Origin: Minisyncoccota bacterium
Lineage (GTDB): Bacteria > Patescibacteriota > Minisyncoccia > Phycocordibacterales > JBAZVT01
NCBI GenBank assembly: GCA_041660745.1
Contig: JBAZVT010000003.1
Span: forward strand, 1,880 to 65,879
DNA length: 64,000 nt
Direction of reading: 5' to 3'
This document shows, piece by piece, positions 19,004-27,670 of this stretch; the first letter of the stretch is position 1, and every line of letters starts with the position of its first letter. A program made the translations under genes and the position numbers. Under the pieces are notes generated by a model that saw nothing but the letters and a program-made list of their open reading frames with translations, was not told the DNA's origin and did not search any database.

Positions 19004-19037
19004 AAAAAAACCGGCTGATGGCAGCCGGTTTTGTTTT
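19004..19037. terminator. Bidirectional terminator between convergent genes
   Basis: An A7 run, then CCGGCTG paired with CAGCCGG, then TTTTGTTTTT. A second hairpin, GCCCG..CGGGC, lies at 18968-18992. Confidence 0.75.
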
Positions 19038-19924
19038 TAATCAAAAAACTTTATGAGATAGGAGTCGATTTCTCGTTGATCCATATCGTAAAAATTCTTT
19101 TTATCTCGGTAGAGTTTTTTGGCGAGACTCTCTCCGACATATCTCCAATGCCAAGGTTCATATTGATAATAAGCATTGTTCTGCGGGTATGAAAGTATAA
19201 AACCATATTTATAGGCATTATCTTGAAGCCATTTGTATGCAATCGTTCCATCAAATTGAGAATAATCTGAACCTAATTTGGCGGTGGTGAGATCAACTGT
19301 TGTTCCGAGTTGGTGTTCAGAATATCCCTGGTCTGCAGAGAATTTATTCGCGCCCGCACCATAGATCACTTTGTAGCTCGAGTTTAGTGAAGTCTGTTCT
19401 CCAAAAGAGCGGTATGCAGAGATGATTCGTAAGTCAGTCCCTGTAGCTTGTACGTCCTCTAGCATTTCTTTTAGGTGGGGCCAAACACCAGATAGTATTT
19501 CAAGGGGGCGTTCTTTGTTGTTGAGATATTCGGTGGAGATTAGCCGCAGTCTTTTGGGTGTGTAATGTTCGTTAAGAAAAAATACTTTTGAATATTTTTG
19601 TAATAATTGTTCGTCTATTGCGTTAAGTTTTTCTAACTCACTAACAGAGCTAGAAATATCTTCAATCTGTTCATTAAAAAGATTGTTCTTCTCTTGTTCG
19701 GTAGCAAGGGCCTCGCTTAGATTAAACTTATCGGTTTCAACTTGGGTCAGTTTTTCGCTTAGGTCTCTATTGAGCTGAATTTCTGCTTGAAGCGCTTGGT
19801 GAGTGTTGCGTGCGATCAAATAGTAGCGGACTCCTCCCACAGCACATAACACAGTAATCCCAATAGTTATAGGGAACACAAAATGCTTATATTTTGAAAG
19901 GGATTCTGAAAAAGATGGGTTCAT
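19037..19924 (-). CDS. VanY/M15B-family D-alanyl-D-alanine carboxypeptidase with N-terminal TM segment and coiled coil
   Basis: Motifs ISAYRSFGEQ, SEHQLGTTVDL and EPWHWRYVG (zinc ligands of peptidase M15). Confidence 0.85.
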   Translation of the reverse strand: MNPSFSESLSKYKHFVFPITIGITVLCAVGGVRYYLIARNTHQALQAEIQLNRDLSEKLTQVETDKFNLSEALATEQEKNNLFNEQIEDISSSVSELEKLNAIDEQLLQKYSKVFFLNEHYTPKRLRLISTEYLNNKERPLEILSGVWPHLKEMLEDVQATGTDLRIISAYRSFGEQTSLNSSYKVIYGAGANKFSADQGYSEHQLGTTVDLTTAKLGSDYSQFDGTIAYKWLQDNAYKYGFILSYPQNNAYYQYEPWHWRYVGESLAKKLYRDKKNFYDMDQREIDSYLIKFFD

Positions 19925-19961
19925 GGGTAAGATTATACCATAAATACTGCTGCTTGTGGTT

Positions 19962-20129
19962 TTAGCCGTTACTGAGCTTAAACCCTAACCAAATGCCCCC
20001 AATCCCACCTACTGCGGAGAGCGTGATTGACCACATGGAGAGAAATCCCGCCCCCCAGAGATTTGGTACGTAGCTACCAATAGTAGAACCCACAATCATT
20101 CCGATCCAGATGAGAGATTTTGATTCCAT
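19962..20129 (-). CDS. 55-aa two-helix small membrane protein
   Basis: Below the ORF-track cutoff. Reads MESKSLIWIGMIVGSTIGSYVPNLWGAGFLSMWSITLSAVGGIGGIWLGFKLSNG, starting at the ATG at 20129 and ending at the TAA at 19962-19964. Confidence 0.5.
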   Translation of the reverse strand: MESKSLIWIGMIVGSTIGSYVPNLWGAGFLSMWSITLSAVGGIGGIWLGFKLSNG

Positions 20130-20165
20130 GCGGATAGTATATCAAAAAATTAGTTCTTGTGTTTT

Positions 20166-21134
20166 TTAACTTAATATAATATTAAATATATAGCCCGTCG
20201 CAATAATCCCTGTAGCGACTATGCCAGCAAAAATGAGAATAAGTTGGGTTTTCATAACCTTCTTTAATATGATAAATTCGGGTAATGATAGTGCGGTGAC
20301 TGACATCATGAACGCCAACGCTGTCCCTACACTGACTCCCTTTTCCAAAAGAACACTCACAAGAGGAATGATGCCTGCCGCATTTGAATATAGTGGTATC
20401 CCTATAATTACTGCAACAGGGACGCTGTACCAGTGAGATGAGCCAATAATAGCAGTCAGGGCACTCGCTGGAACATAGCCATGAATAAGTGCTCCCAATC
20501 CGATGCCGACCAAGAGATAGGGCCAGACTTTTTTGATAATACCCAGTGTGTATTCGGAAGCAAAGTAGGCTCGTTTGGAGACGCTTATTTTTGTTTCTTC
20601 AAAATGAGCTGAAATTTTTTGTTTAAACACAAAGTCTTCGATGAGGTTTTCTGGTTTTAGGCGTCCAATGATAATACCACTCAGTATCGCGATTATTAAT
20701 CCTGTGATGACATAGAGGAGTGCAATTTTCCAACCAAACATTCCCAATAGAAGCACAAGAGCGACTTCGTTAATCATTGGAGATGATATGAGAAAAGAAA
20801 ATGTTACTCCAAGTGGCACCCCTGCCTGTATAAAACCTAGGAAAAGGGGAATAGCACTACAAGTACAGAATGGAGTAATGATTCCAAATAAAGACGCCAA
20901 GATATTACCAACGAATTCATTTTTTCTTACGAGAATACTACGTATTTTTTCCGCGGGTATAAAAGTTCTTACAAAAGAAATGGTGAAAATGATAATGACG
21001 AGCAGGAGAAGTATTTTGATTGTGTCATATATGAAGAAGTTCACAACGTGTGCAATGTGTGTTTCTGTCTGGATGTTTAAAATAGTAAAAGTTAGAAAGT
21101 CTGCAACAATTTTAATAGGATAAAATATGTCCAT
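20166..21134 (-). CDS. Predicted permease (YraQ/ArsP-like, PF03773-type)
   Basis: 8-10 TM segments. The Cys motif PFCTCSAIPLF is typical of this permease family, and the gene is the last in an ArsR-regulated redox operon. Confidence 0.75.
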   Translation of the reverse strand: MDIFYPIKIVADFLTFTILNIQTETHIAHVVNFFIYDTIKILLLLVIIIFTISFVRTFIPAEKIRSILVRKNEFVGNILASLFGIITPFCTCSAIPLFLGFIQAGVPLGVTFSFLISSPMINEVALVLLLGMFGWKIALLYVITGLIIAILSGIIIGRLKPENLIEDFVFKQKISAHFEETKISVSKRAYFASEYTLGIIKKVWPYLLVGIGLGALIHGYVPASALTAIIGSSHWYSVPVAVIIGIPLYSNAAGIIPLVSVLLEKGVSVGTALAFMMSVTALSLPEFIILKKVMKTQLILIFAGIVATGIIATGYIFNIILS

Positions 21135-21146
21135 GTAAATAAATTA

Positions 21147-21389
21147 TTAAGCAGACTGTTGTAAAATTATATTTTTTATTTTCTCCATATCCGCCGTTGC
21201 TCCAACCAAGACAACCTTATCGTTAATGACAAGCACGGGGCTCTGTAAAAGTCCCATTGCCACTATTTTCTGAATATCGCTTATATATTCGATTTCTGCC
21301 GTAATACCCATATCTCTTACGGTAGTTTGTACCAACTCAAACATTTTTTTACATGTAGGACATCCTGAACCAAGCACTTGGATTTTCAC
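21147..21389 (-). CDS. Thioredoxin-fold redox-active disulfide protein (CxxC)
   Basis: MKIQVLGSGCPTCKKM is the N-terminal CPTC motif of the small 'redox-active disulfide protein 2' family. Confidence 0.8.
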   Translation of the reverse strand: MKIQVLGSGCPTCKKMFELVQTTVRDMGITAEIEYISDIQKIVAMGLLQSPVLVINDKVVLVGATADMEKIKNIILQQSA

Positions 21390-21401
21390 GAGATATAGAG
21401 A

Positions 21402-21641
21402 TTATTTAGCGAGTAATGATTTAAATACTTCTGGTTGAAAACCAACAATGATATTGTTATCTATTTGAATTACAGGCACGCCCATCTGACCGCTTTTTTC
21501 TACCATTTCTTCACCAGCCTTTCTATCTTTGCTAACGTCAATATCTTCAAAGGGGACATTATTTTCTTTAAAGAAATCTTTTGCGTAAACACAGTATGGA
21601 CATGTTGGCGTTGAATAGACTTTTACGGTGTGGTTTTTCAT
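21402..21641 (-). CDS. Glutaredoxin-like protein (NrdH/Grx family)
   Basis: VKVYSTPTCPYCVYAKDFF carries a CPYC active site, and GVPVIQID is also present. Confidence 0.85.
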   Translation of the reverse strand: MKNHTVKVYSTPTCPYCVYAKDFFKENNVPFEDIDVSKDRKAGEEMVEKSGQMGVPVIQIDNNIIVGFQPEVFKSLLAK

Positions 21642-21670
21642 ATTGTTTTTTAATTATTGTTAATTTGTAA

Positions 21671-21943
21671 TTATTTGTATTTACAGATCAATTTTTTAAG
21701 ATCTGATACAAAAGGTTTGTCGGGAAGTTGATAAAAAGTACATTTGCCTTCTTGTGTGGGGTTAAGTAAGCCGTCGCGTTCCATAATGTGTAAGTGATGG
21801 GATACAATTGCGACGCTCATGGCGAGTTCTTTTGCAATGTCTGATACGCAAATTTTTTTATTATTAAAAATAACGCATAGAATTTTTAGACGGTTTTCTT
21901 CACCAACAGTCTTTAGTGCTTGTGCTAGTTCGTTCAAATGCAT
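21671..21943 (-). CDS. ArsR/SmtB-family transcriptional regulator
   Basis: Winged-HTH region LKILCVIFNNKKICVSDIAKELAMSVAIVSHHLHIMERDGLL. Confidence 0.88.
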   Translation of the reverse strand: MHLNELAQALKTVGEENRLKILCVIFNNKKICVSDIAKELAMSVAIVSHHLHIMERDGLLNPTQEGKCTFYQLPDKPFVSDLKKLICKYK

Positions 21944-22022
21944 GTTTGAATGATATACCTAATAGAAAAAGATGTCAACAAAGTAAAAACTCACACAATC
22001 TACAAATTGTGTGAGTTTTTTA

Positions 22023-23066
22023 TTAATTTTTGTTTAAAGTTATTTCTGAAGTTTTTTCTGGGGTTATAGTATTCTTGATAATATCCCAGTAGGTTGAGTC
22101 TCCTTTTTTTGTTTTTTGCCAATACCACCATTCTGATCCCCACATATAGACTCGCGATGCTCCAACACGGCGAGCGTAATTAATATTTTTTTCTAATTGT
22201 CGCGGATTCATTGTTTGTTCTTGTGTAGAAATGTCTGTGGTGAGGGGGGATCCATTATGAAACCATGGTTCACCTTGCAGTTCTGAAATAAAGAAATTAT
22301 CAAAACTGTTACCAAATAAACGTGCTTTTATTCGGTAAAGTCCTGCGGGAAGATAGTCGTAGTGCCACACGAAGCCGTAGCGAGAAATGATAAGTCTGTA
22401 TAGCGTTGAGCCGAGGATGTCTCCTGTTTTTGATGCTGAATACCATATAGACATCTCACCACTGTCCGTCATAACAATTTTACGGGTGGGATCCAATTGT
22501 CGTACGAGTGCGACTTCACGTTCAACGAGTGTTTTGTCAAAGGCATCGCAATCGCCAAAATCAAATTTGATAAAAGGCTCGTTTTCAATTTGCCAGTATT
22601 CTATGGATGGATTATTTTTGTATCTTTCAATCGCGTGTTGTATATAAGAGAGTACTTCTGACTGTCTTTTTTCTTTACTAAGTTCTCTTGCCCACTGGGG
22701 AAAATAACATTCTGGCCACCGGGGTATTTTTTGTCCGACGACAAAAAGAATTTTTGTATTATGTTTTCCCGCCTCATTCACAAGATAATCTGTTTCGGAA
22801 AAATCAAATGTTCCTTGTTGGGGTTCGAGCTTATTCCAGGGAGCGGATAAGCGTATCATTGTGGGTTTGAGGTCAGCAAGTATTGCTTGATATGTTTCTT
22901 TCCAGTCAAGGCCGAGAGACTCAGCGTATTCTGGACTGAAACTTACGCCAAATCGGGTGTTGGAGATATTATAAGAAAGAGTCCATAGAATCCCATATAT
23001 AAGAATGAGTATACCTATCAGTATTACGAGTATTCTTTTAATATATTTTAAAATTTTTTTATACAT
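22023..23066 (-). CDS. Membrane-anchored clan GH-A (TIM-barrel) glycoside hydrolase-like protein
   Basis: N-terminal TM segment. WNKLEPQQGTFDF and YWQIENEPF (the NEP acid/base motif) are typical of GH5/GH42-like enzymes. Confidence 0.6.
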   Translation of the reverse strand: MYKKILKYIKRILVILIGILILIYGILWTLSYNISNTRFGVSFSPEYAESLGLDWKETYQAILADLKPTMIRLSAPWNKLEPQQGTFDFSETDYLVNEAGKHNTKILFVVGQKIPRWPECYFPQWARELSKEKRQSEVLSYIQHAIERYKNNPSIEYWQIENEPFIKFDFGDCDAFDKTLVEREVALVRQLDPTRKIVMTDSGEMSIWYSASKTGDILGSTLYRLIISRYGFVWHYDYLPAGLYRIKARLFGNSFDNFFISELQGEPWFHNGSPLTTDISTQEQTMNPRQLEKNINYARRVGASRVYMWGSEWWYWQKTKKGDSTYWDIIKNTITPEKTSEITLNKN

Positions 23067-23083
23067 ACTATGTTAAATCAGCT

Positions 23084-24004
23084 CTAAAGAAATAAAAGAC
23101 CCGTAACGATAAGTACTATTGCTAGCGTCTGCATGATAAATTCTTTTCGAGTAAAATCTTCGGAGAATATTTTAGGGCGCATTTTTGTAAGAAGAAATAT
23201 AAAAATAAATACAAGGACATATTGTAAGCCAGCAAGCGCATTGACGATTGCCACACTTCCTATTGCAATAGCGTATTGAATACAGAGGGTGGAAACAATC
23301 CCAAGAGTTTTTGTTGTTGCAAACTTTGTGATTGATCCTTTTTGTTTTTCTACAGGTTGTTGCTGTGACTGTTCTGGAATGGCAACTTTTTTGTTGAATA
23401 TTTGTTTTCTAAAGCGGGGAATTAAAATAATGGCAATACCAACAATTCCTATTGAGCTTTTTGTCCAGATGAGTCCATTAATGAAGGGGTAGAGGGTGTA
23501 GATGTGTTTTGCGGAGATGTGTGAAAATGCAAATAGTAATCCGGAAATTATCGCCCACAGGAAGCCAAGATAGAGACCTTTTTCTCTATTGCTTTTTTCA
23601 TAGGAAAGAAAAAAGCTTGCGCCAATGAGAAGGGTGAGTCCTATTTTTTCATGCGGACTAAATGATGTGTTGAGTACAAAATACGAAAGAATAGCAGTTG
23701 CGACTGCGACTACCGCACCGACAAGTGGTGTAAGGTGGCTCGCTTCTCCGTGTCTGAACGCTATGTACATGGCCCACACTCCAAGACCGAAAGATATACC
23801 TGAGCCGAGCGACCACAACAAGTCTATGTTGTGTGGAAATCCAAAAAACGGTAGAAGGACTACAGTTATTGCTGAGAAGATTGTTGTGTAAAAAGCATAT
23901 ACTGCCGGATGTTTGAAGTTTGTTGTCAGAATACTTTTGTCTAATATTGAGACAAAAGCTAGAGCTGCATATCCGACAGATGCAAAGATAAATGAAGTGA
24001 TCAT
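23084..24004 (-). CDS. EamA/DMT-superfamily membrane transporter
   Basis: About 10 TM segments in two similar halves. Assigned on topology, with weak sequence recognition. Confidence 0.55.
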   Translation of the reverse strand: MITSFIFASVGYAALAFVSILDKSILTTNFKHPAVYAFYTTIFSAITVVLLPFFGFPHNIDLLWSLGSGISFGLGVWAMYIAFRHGEASHLTPLVGAVVAVATAILSYFVLNTSFSPHEKIGLTLLIGASFFLSYEKSNREKGLYLGFLWAIISGLLFAFSHISAKHIYTLYPFINGLIWTKSSIGIVGIAIILIPRFRKQIFNKKVAIPEQSQQQPVEKQKGSITKFATTKTLGIVSTLCIQYAIAIGSVAIVNALAGLQYVLVFIFIFLLTKMRPKIFSEDFTRKEFIMQTLAIVLIVTGLLFL

Positions 24005-25356
24005 AAGAAGTGGATATCTTGTATCTCTGTTTTGGTGCCTTGAGTAACGACGTTTATAATATTTTTTGTGCCATGTTTCGGACCATTCAAATAACCGTCC
24101 AGCGCTCCTTCAGCGAGAAGTCCTGAATTAATCCAGTCAAAAAGCCATTGGTGGGTATATCGTGAATCATCCTGCTGGAATCCAGCACCAATCATTTGCA
24201 ACCAAGATTTGTTGAATGTTTCTTGGGATCCGACAGTTGGTGCCATGATGATTGGAAGTCCGAGTCCTGCGTAAAATGAAAGCTCGCTCGGTTTTGTCCA
24301 GAGTAGATCAGTTTCTTGTAGGATCATGTCGAACTCCTTGAAATATTCAAATTTGTTTTGGTTGTATATAATCTGTATTCCGTTGTTATAGAGATCTTTT
24401 AAATTATTTTTTTCAATTGCTTCTTCAAATTTTTCTTTAATTATTTTTGATGAGCCTGCTACGAGATTTATTTTGATGGCCCCTTTTTTAATAGCTTCTG
24501 ATAGGGATGAGAGAACTTGAATACCGATTTCACTCTGTGCTCCAGCACCACCAATAGCGAAAGTGATTGTGATAGGAGTGTTGTCATATATCGCTCGCTT
24601 GATTTTTCCACAGTGTGCAGAAATAGTTTTGTTGAATTTTTTTTCAAAAATACCACGTGGGTCAAGTTTAATTATTCTGCGAGAAAGAGCCTTGAGTAGA
24701 ACATTGTCAGTATCGTCTGTTCCAATAAGTTCTTCAGGAAGCGGAAAACCAGTCACAATTATTTTTTGAGAGTTTACGCCATACATCTGTAATCGTTCTT
24801 GCACTCGGCGAGTTGGGGCAAGATAGGTAATTCTGCTTGTCTCTGGATTTAAAGGTGCCCACGCACGAGAGATATCGGTATCCGTGCAAAGACAATAGAT
24901 GTCACCGGCATATCCATGTTCTTCGGCAAAAAAGGCTGCAGTAAAAAATGTCGCCACAAAAGGGAGGGGTTTTTTGTTGAGAGTATCTATCAGATCTTTT
25001 CCAAAACCTTTATGTATTGCTCGGTATGTTTTTTGTAGTTGGGCTGTTGGTTTTGAAAGGTCTCGTTTTGGGTAAAACTGTTCAATCGTCTGAAAGAAAT
25101 CTAAAATACCGAAGATTATTTTCCCAACAAGAGGAAAACTCGTCATTTTGGAAAACCAATTATATCTTTTTTCCATTGTGTCCCAGATAATTTTATCGCT
25201 TTGTGCAATGCCGGGATAATTGTTTGCTGCGATAATCATGGGTTCTTTTATATTCCACTGTGGTGGTGTGGTTGCAATTGAAAGGAGGGGAAAACCGGCT
25301 CGCTGGTGTCCATATCCCATATCAACAGCGACTACGTATACATGTTCATGTTTCAT
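24001..25356 (-). CDS. GT-B fold glycosyltransferase-like protein (MGDG-synthase/MurG-like)
   Basis: N-terminal VVAVDMGYGHQRAG resembles the GxGHxxA motif of GT28-type enzymes. There is a 4-nt overlap (ATGA) with the downstream transporter gene. Confidence 0.45.
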   Translation of the reverse strand: MKHEHVYVVAVDMGYGHQRAGFPLLSIATTPPQWNIKEPMIIAANNYPGIAQSDKIIWDTMEKRYNWFSKMTSFPLVGKIIFGILDFFQTIEQFYPKRDLSKPTAQLQKTYRAIHKGFGKDLIDTLNKKPLPFVATFFTAAFFAEEHGYAGDIYCLCTDTDISRAWAPLNPETSRITYLAPTRRVQERLQMYGVNSQKIIVTGFPLPEELIGTDDTDNVLLKALSRRIIKLDPRGIFEKKFNKTISAHCGKIKRAIYDNTPITITFAIGGAGAQSEIGIQVLSSLSEAIKKGAIKINLVAGSSKIIKEKFEEAIEKNNLKDLYNNGIQIIYNQNKFEYFKEFDMILQETDLLWTKPSELSFYAGLGLPIIMAPTVGSQETFNKSWLQMIGAGFQQDDSRYTHQWLFDWINSGLLAEGALDGYLNGPKHGTKNIINVVTQGTKTEIQDIHFL

Positions 25357-25497
25357 ATAGATAGATTATAGCAAGTAATCTATCTGTTGTGCCATGATAT
25401 AACTGTGAATAATAGAGCCTGTTTACAATCTAATGTTTGAAACAAAAAAGACGAGCGAGTTTTGGAAAACTCGCTCGTCTTTTTTGGTATGTAATAA

Positions 25498-25653
25498 TTA
25501 CAAGCTGAATGTGGTGCCGAGGAAATATGGCCAAAGGATAATGGCGAGTACTCCTTTCCAGAAGGCGAGGTGAAGAAAGCCTATGGTGAAAAGCCATGCT
25601 CCTACCCATAATAACCCCGCACAACCACCTTGATTGACGTTTATTTTTTGCAT
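25498..25653 (-). CDS. Possible 51-aa small membrane protein
   Basis: Internal Met of ORF 25498..25800: MQKINVNQGGCAGLLWVGAWLFTIGFLHLAFWKGVLAIILWPYFLGTTFSL. It is followed by a 16-bp-stem terminator at 25448-25481. Confidence 0.35.
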   Translation of the reverse strand: MQKINVNQGGCAGLLWVGAWLFTIGFLHLAFWKGVLAIILWPYFLGTTFSL

Positions 25654-25723
25654 GGTTTCAGTGTATAATTTTTTTATGTGAAATGAGGGAAGAGTTTTAT
25701 TGCTATGGTAGGATGAGATAAGT

Positions 25724-25763
25724 ATAAAAAATCCGTCGGGAACCACTTGGTGGTTCCCGACGG
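25724..25763 (-). terminator. GC-rich terminator after the purH-fragment gene
   Basis: CCGTCGGGAACCAC pairs with GTGGTTCCCGACGG, with a T6 tail on the minus strand. Confidence 0.8.
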
Positions 25764-25792
25764 GGTATTGGCTGTATGCCGAGATAGGGGGG

Positions 25793-26392
25793 TTACCCAT
25801 GCTTGACTTGCGGAGTGAGGAATCTTTGCCCGCTCGCTTTTTTCTGACGCATCCACTTCGTGATCATCCGGTCGTAGTCCGAGGTAGCTGCAAAGACCTT
25901 GATCACCAACCTCTCGCGCTGGTCTTCCGAGATAGCGCCGGTTACAGTCAGTGATGCAACCACCCACTCATAATCGGTAGGATCAATGACCGGGATTGTC
26001 GAGATCCCGTTCTTGGACGCTGCGCGGATGAGCGAGGGGCCGCCGATATCAATCTCCTCAATGTCAGGTTTGTTCTTGAAGTCGTACAGATTGACCACGA
26101 CGAGATCAATCAGGTCGATGTGGTGCTCGACGAGCGCCGCAAGGTGTGCGGGAATGGCTCGTGCGGCGAGTATGCCGCCGAAGATGTTTGGATGGAGTGT
26201 CTTGACACGGCCGTCCAGCATTTCGGGAAAGCCCGTGACCTGCTCAATCGGAGTTACCTCGATGCCGACTGCCCGCAGTGCTTTCGCCGTCCCGCCGGTA
26301 GAGATGAACTCCCAACCTAGGGTGGCGAGCGGAAGAAGTTTTTCCAACCCACTCTTGTCCGTAACCGACACCAGTGCTCTTGGCATTGCCAT
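25793..26392 (-). CDS. Stand-alone IMP cyclohydrolase (MGS-like N-terminal domain of PurH) in a high-G+C islet
   Basis: ALVSVTDKSGL...ISTGGTAKAL...GRVKTLHPNIFGGILA...VVVNLYDF...IDIGGPSLIRAASKN is the PurH IMPCH domain. The ORF stops after the inter-domain linker, and no AICAR transformylase domain follows. SD is AAGGAG. Confidence 0.85.
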   Translation of the reverse strand: MAMPRALVSVTDKSGLEKLLPLATLGWEFISTGGTAKALRAVGIEVTPIEQVTGFPEMLDGRVKTLHPNIFGGILAARAIPAHLAALVEHHIDLIDLVVVNLYDFKNKPDIEEIDIGGPSLIRAASKNGISTIPVIDPTDYEWVVASLTVTGAISEDQRERLVIKVFAATSDYDRMITKWMRQKKASGQRFLTPQVKHG

Positions 26393-26469
26393 GAGAACTC
26401 CTTTTTAGGATTTTCTGCCACTGAAAGCCGTGGCCGCTTAACCGTTCTGAATGTAAGACTACGTATTTA

Positions 26470-27575
26470 ATTTTTTATGTCAAGATTTTGTACTCGTCCA
26501 CCACATATGAGACTCTGACGCTGGTAATGTAGACACAATATACCTCAAAGGAGATACAAGACCAAGCGACCAATGAGGACGCCTAGTGTTGTACCAAAGT
26601 AACCAATTAATGAGAGCTTCATTAAAAGCATCAATGTCATGAGCTAAAAGTTTTCTGTTTCTGTTAACAAAAGCTTCCACAACAGTTCGGTTGAATCGTT
26701 CAACTTCAGCGTTCATTTTTGGCGATCTTGGATATGTGTGAAAATGAACGATGTTGTTCTTTTCAAGCAGAACGTCAAAGTGGTCAGCAAACTCACTACC
26801 ATTGTCTGTTTGCACATGCGTAACAGGAAGTGGTGCAACATGTTTAAACTTCATCATGAAGTCAGCAGATGCTTTTGATGAATGAGAAGTATACGCATAT
26901 GCAAAAGCAAATTTTGATTCGCAATCAATACCAGTGAGCAAATATCTTTTAATACCATCGGTGAAGCGGATGACCGAATCTGCTTTAACTAGTCCTCCTT
27001 CGTGACCTTTAGAACGCAGTTTCTTGCGTTTAACTCTGATTTTCTCTCGAAAGGTATCTGATTTTGCATAGTATGAAAGTTTCGTATATTTTGGAAGTTT
27101 TCCTTGTTTCTTGAGATCATTTAACATTCGACCGACAGTAGATGCGGAGAGATCGGCAACCTTGTCTTCTTTCATGAGTACCGCCAGTTTGTCTTTGGAA
27201 AGTCTTGGATCATTCTGGCGTTCCTTGAGAATGAAATCTTCTACAACTTTTGGGATGACACGTTTTCTTCTTTGTTTAGGAGCAGTACTTTTTTTGTTGA
27301 GAAACTCCAGTTTTCCCATACCATCTCGAAGTTCTTTTTGCCAGCGAAAAAGAGTTGGTCTTGAAATGCCAAAGGCTTCTTTAGTGGCAGTTGTTCCATA
27401 CTTCTCCCAAAACGCTAATATCCTGCACCTTTCTTTTGCGGTTTCGCTAATCATATACTTGAAGCGTATCACACGCTCCCAAGTACTAATGAAGCCCTTT
27501 GTTCCTCTAAATTTATTGAAAATGCGCATATGAAAACTCTAATTAAAGAGTCTCATATGTTTCTGAACTTATGCA
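26470..27575 (-). mobile_element. IS481-like insertion sequence (boundaries uncertain)
   Basis: A single DDE (rve) transposase ORF. The only terminal symmetry found is the 12-bp inverted repeat CATATGAGACTC (26506-26517) / GAGTCTCATATG (27549-27560). No target-site duplication was identified. Confidence 0.6.
26480..27529 (-). CDS. IS481-family transposase (HTH plus integrase-core DDE domain)
   Basis: N-terminal HTH region and an rve core (TGIDCESKF...VQTDNGSEF...NAEVERFNRT...YNTRRPHWSL). Confidence 0.88.
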   Translation of the reverse strand: MRIFNKFRGTKGFISTWERVIRFKYMISETAKERCRILAFWEKYGTTATKEAFGISRPTLFRWQKELRDGMGKLEFLNKKSTAPKQRRKRVIPKVVEDFILKERQNDPRLSKDKLAVLMKEDKVADLSASTVGRMLNDLKKQGKLPKYTKLSYYAKSDTFREKIRVKRKKLRSKGHEGGLVKADSVIRFTDGIKRYLLTGIDCESKFAFAYAYTSHSSKASADFMMKFKHVAPLPVTHVQTDNGSEFADHFDVLLEKNNIVHFHTYPRSPKMNAEVERFNRTVVEAFVNRNRKLLAHDIDAFNEALINWLLWYNTRRPHWSLGLVSPLRYIVSTLPASESHMWWTSTKS

Positions 27576-27670
27576 GGTTATGGCAAAAAACGCCTTAGCA
27601 GGAGAGCCCCAAGACTAACTGTTGAAAAAAGCCTCAAAAGTGCTAAGGTGTATACATACAAACTTATACC

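Noticed and set aside
26470-27575. Precise IS boundaries and a target-site duplication for the IS481-like element.
   Set aside because: Only a 12-13-bp internal inverted repeat (26506-26517 / 27549-27560) was found. The left copy lies inside the transposase ORF. No flanking direct repeat is evident, so the boundaries are left approximate.
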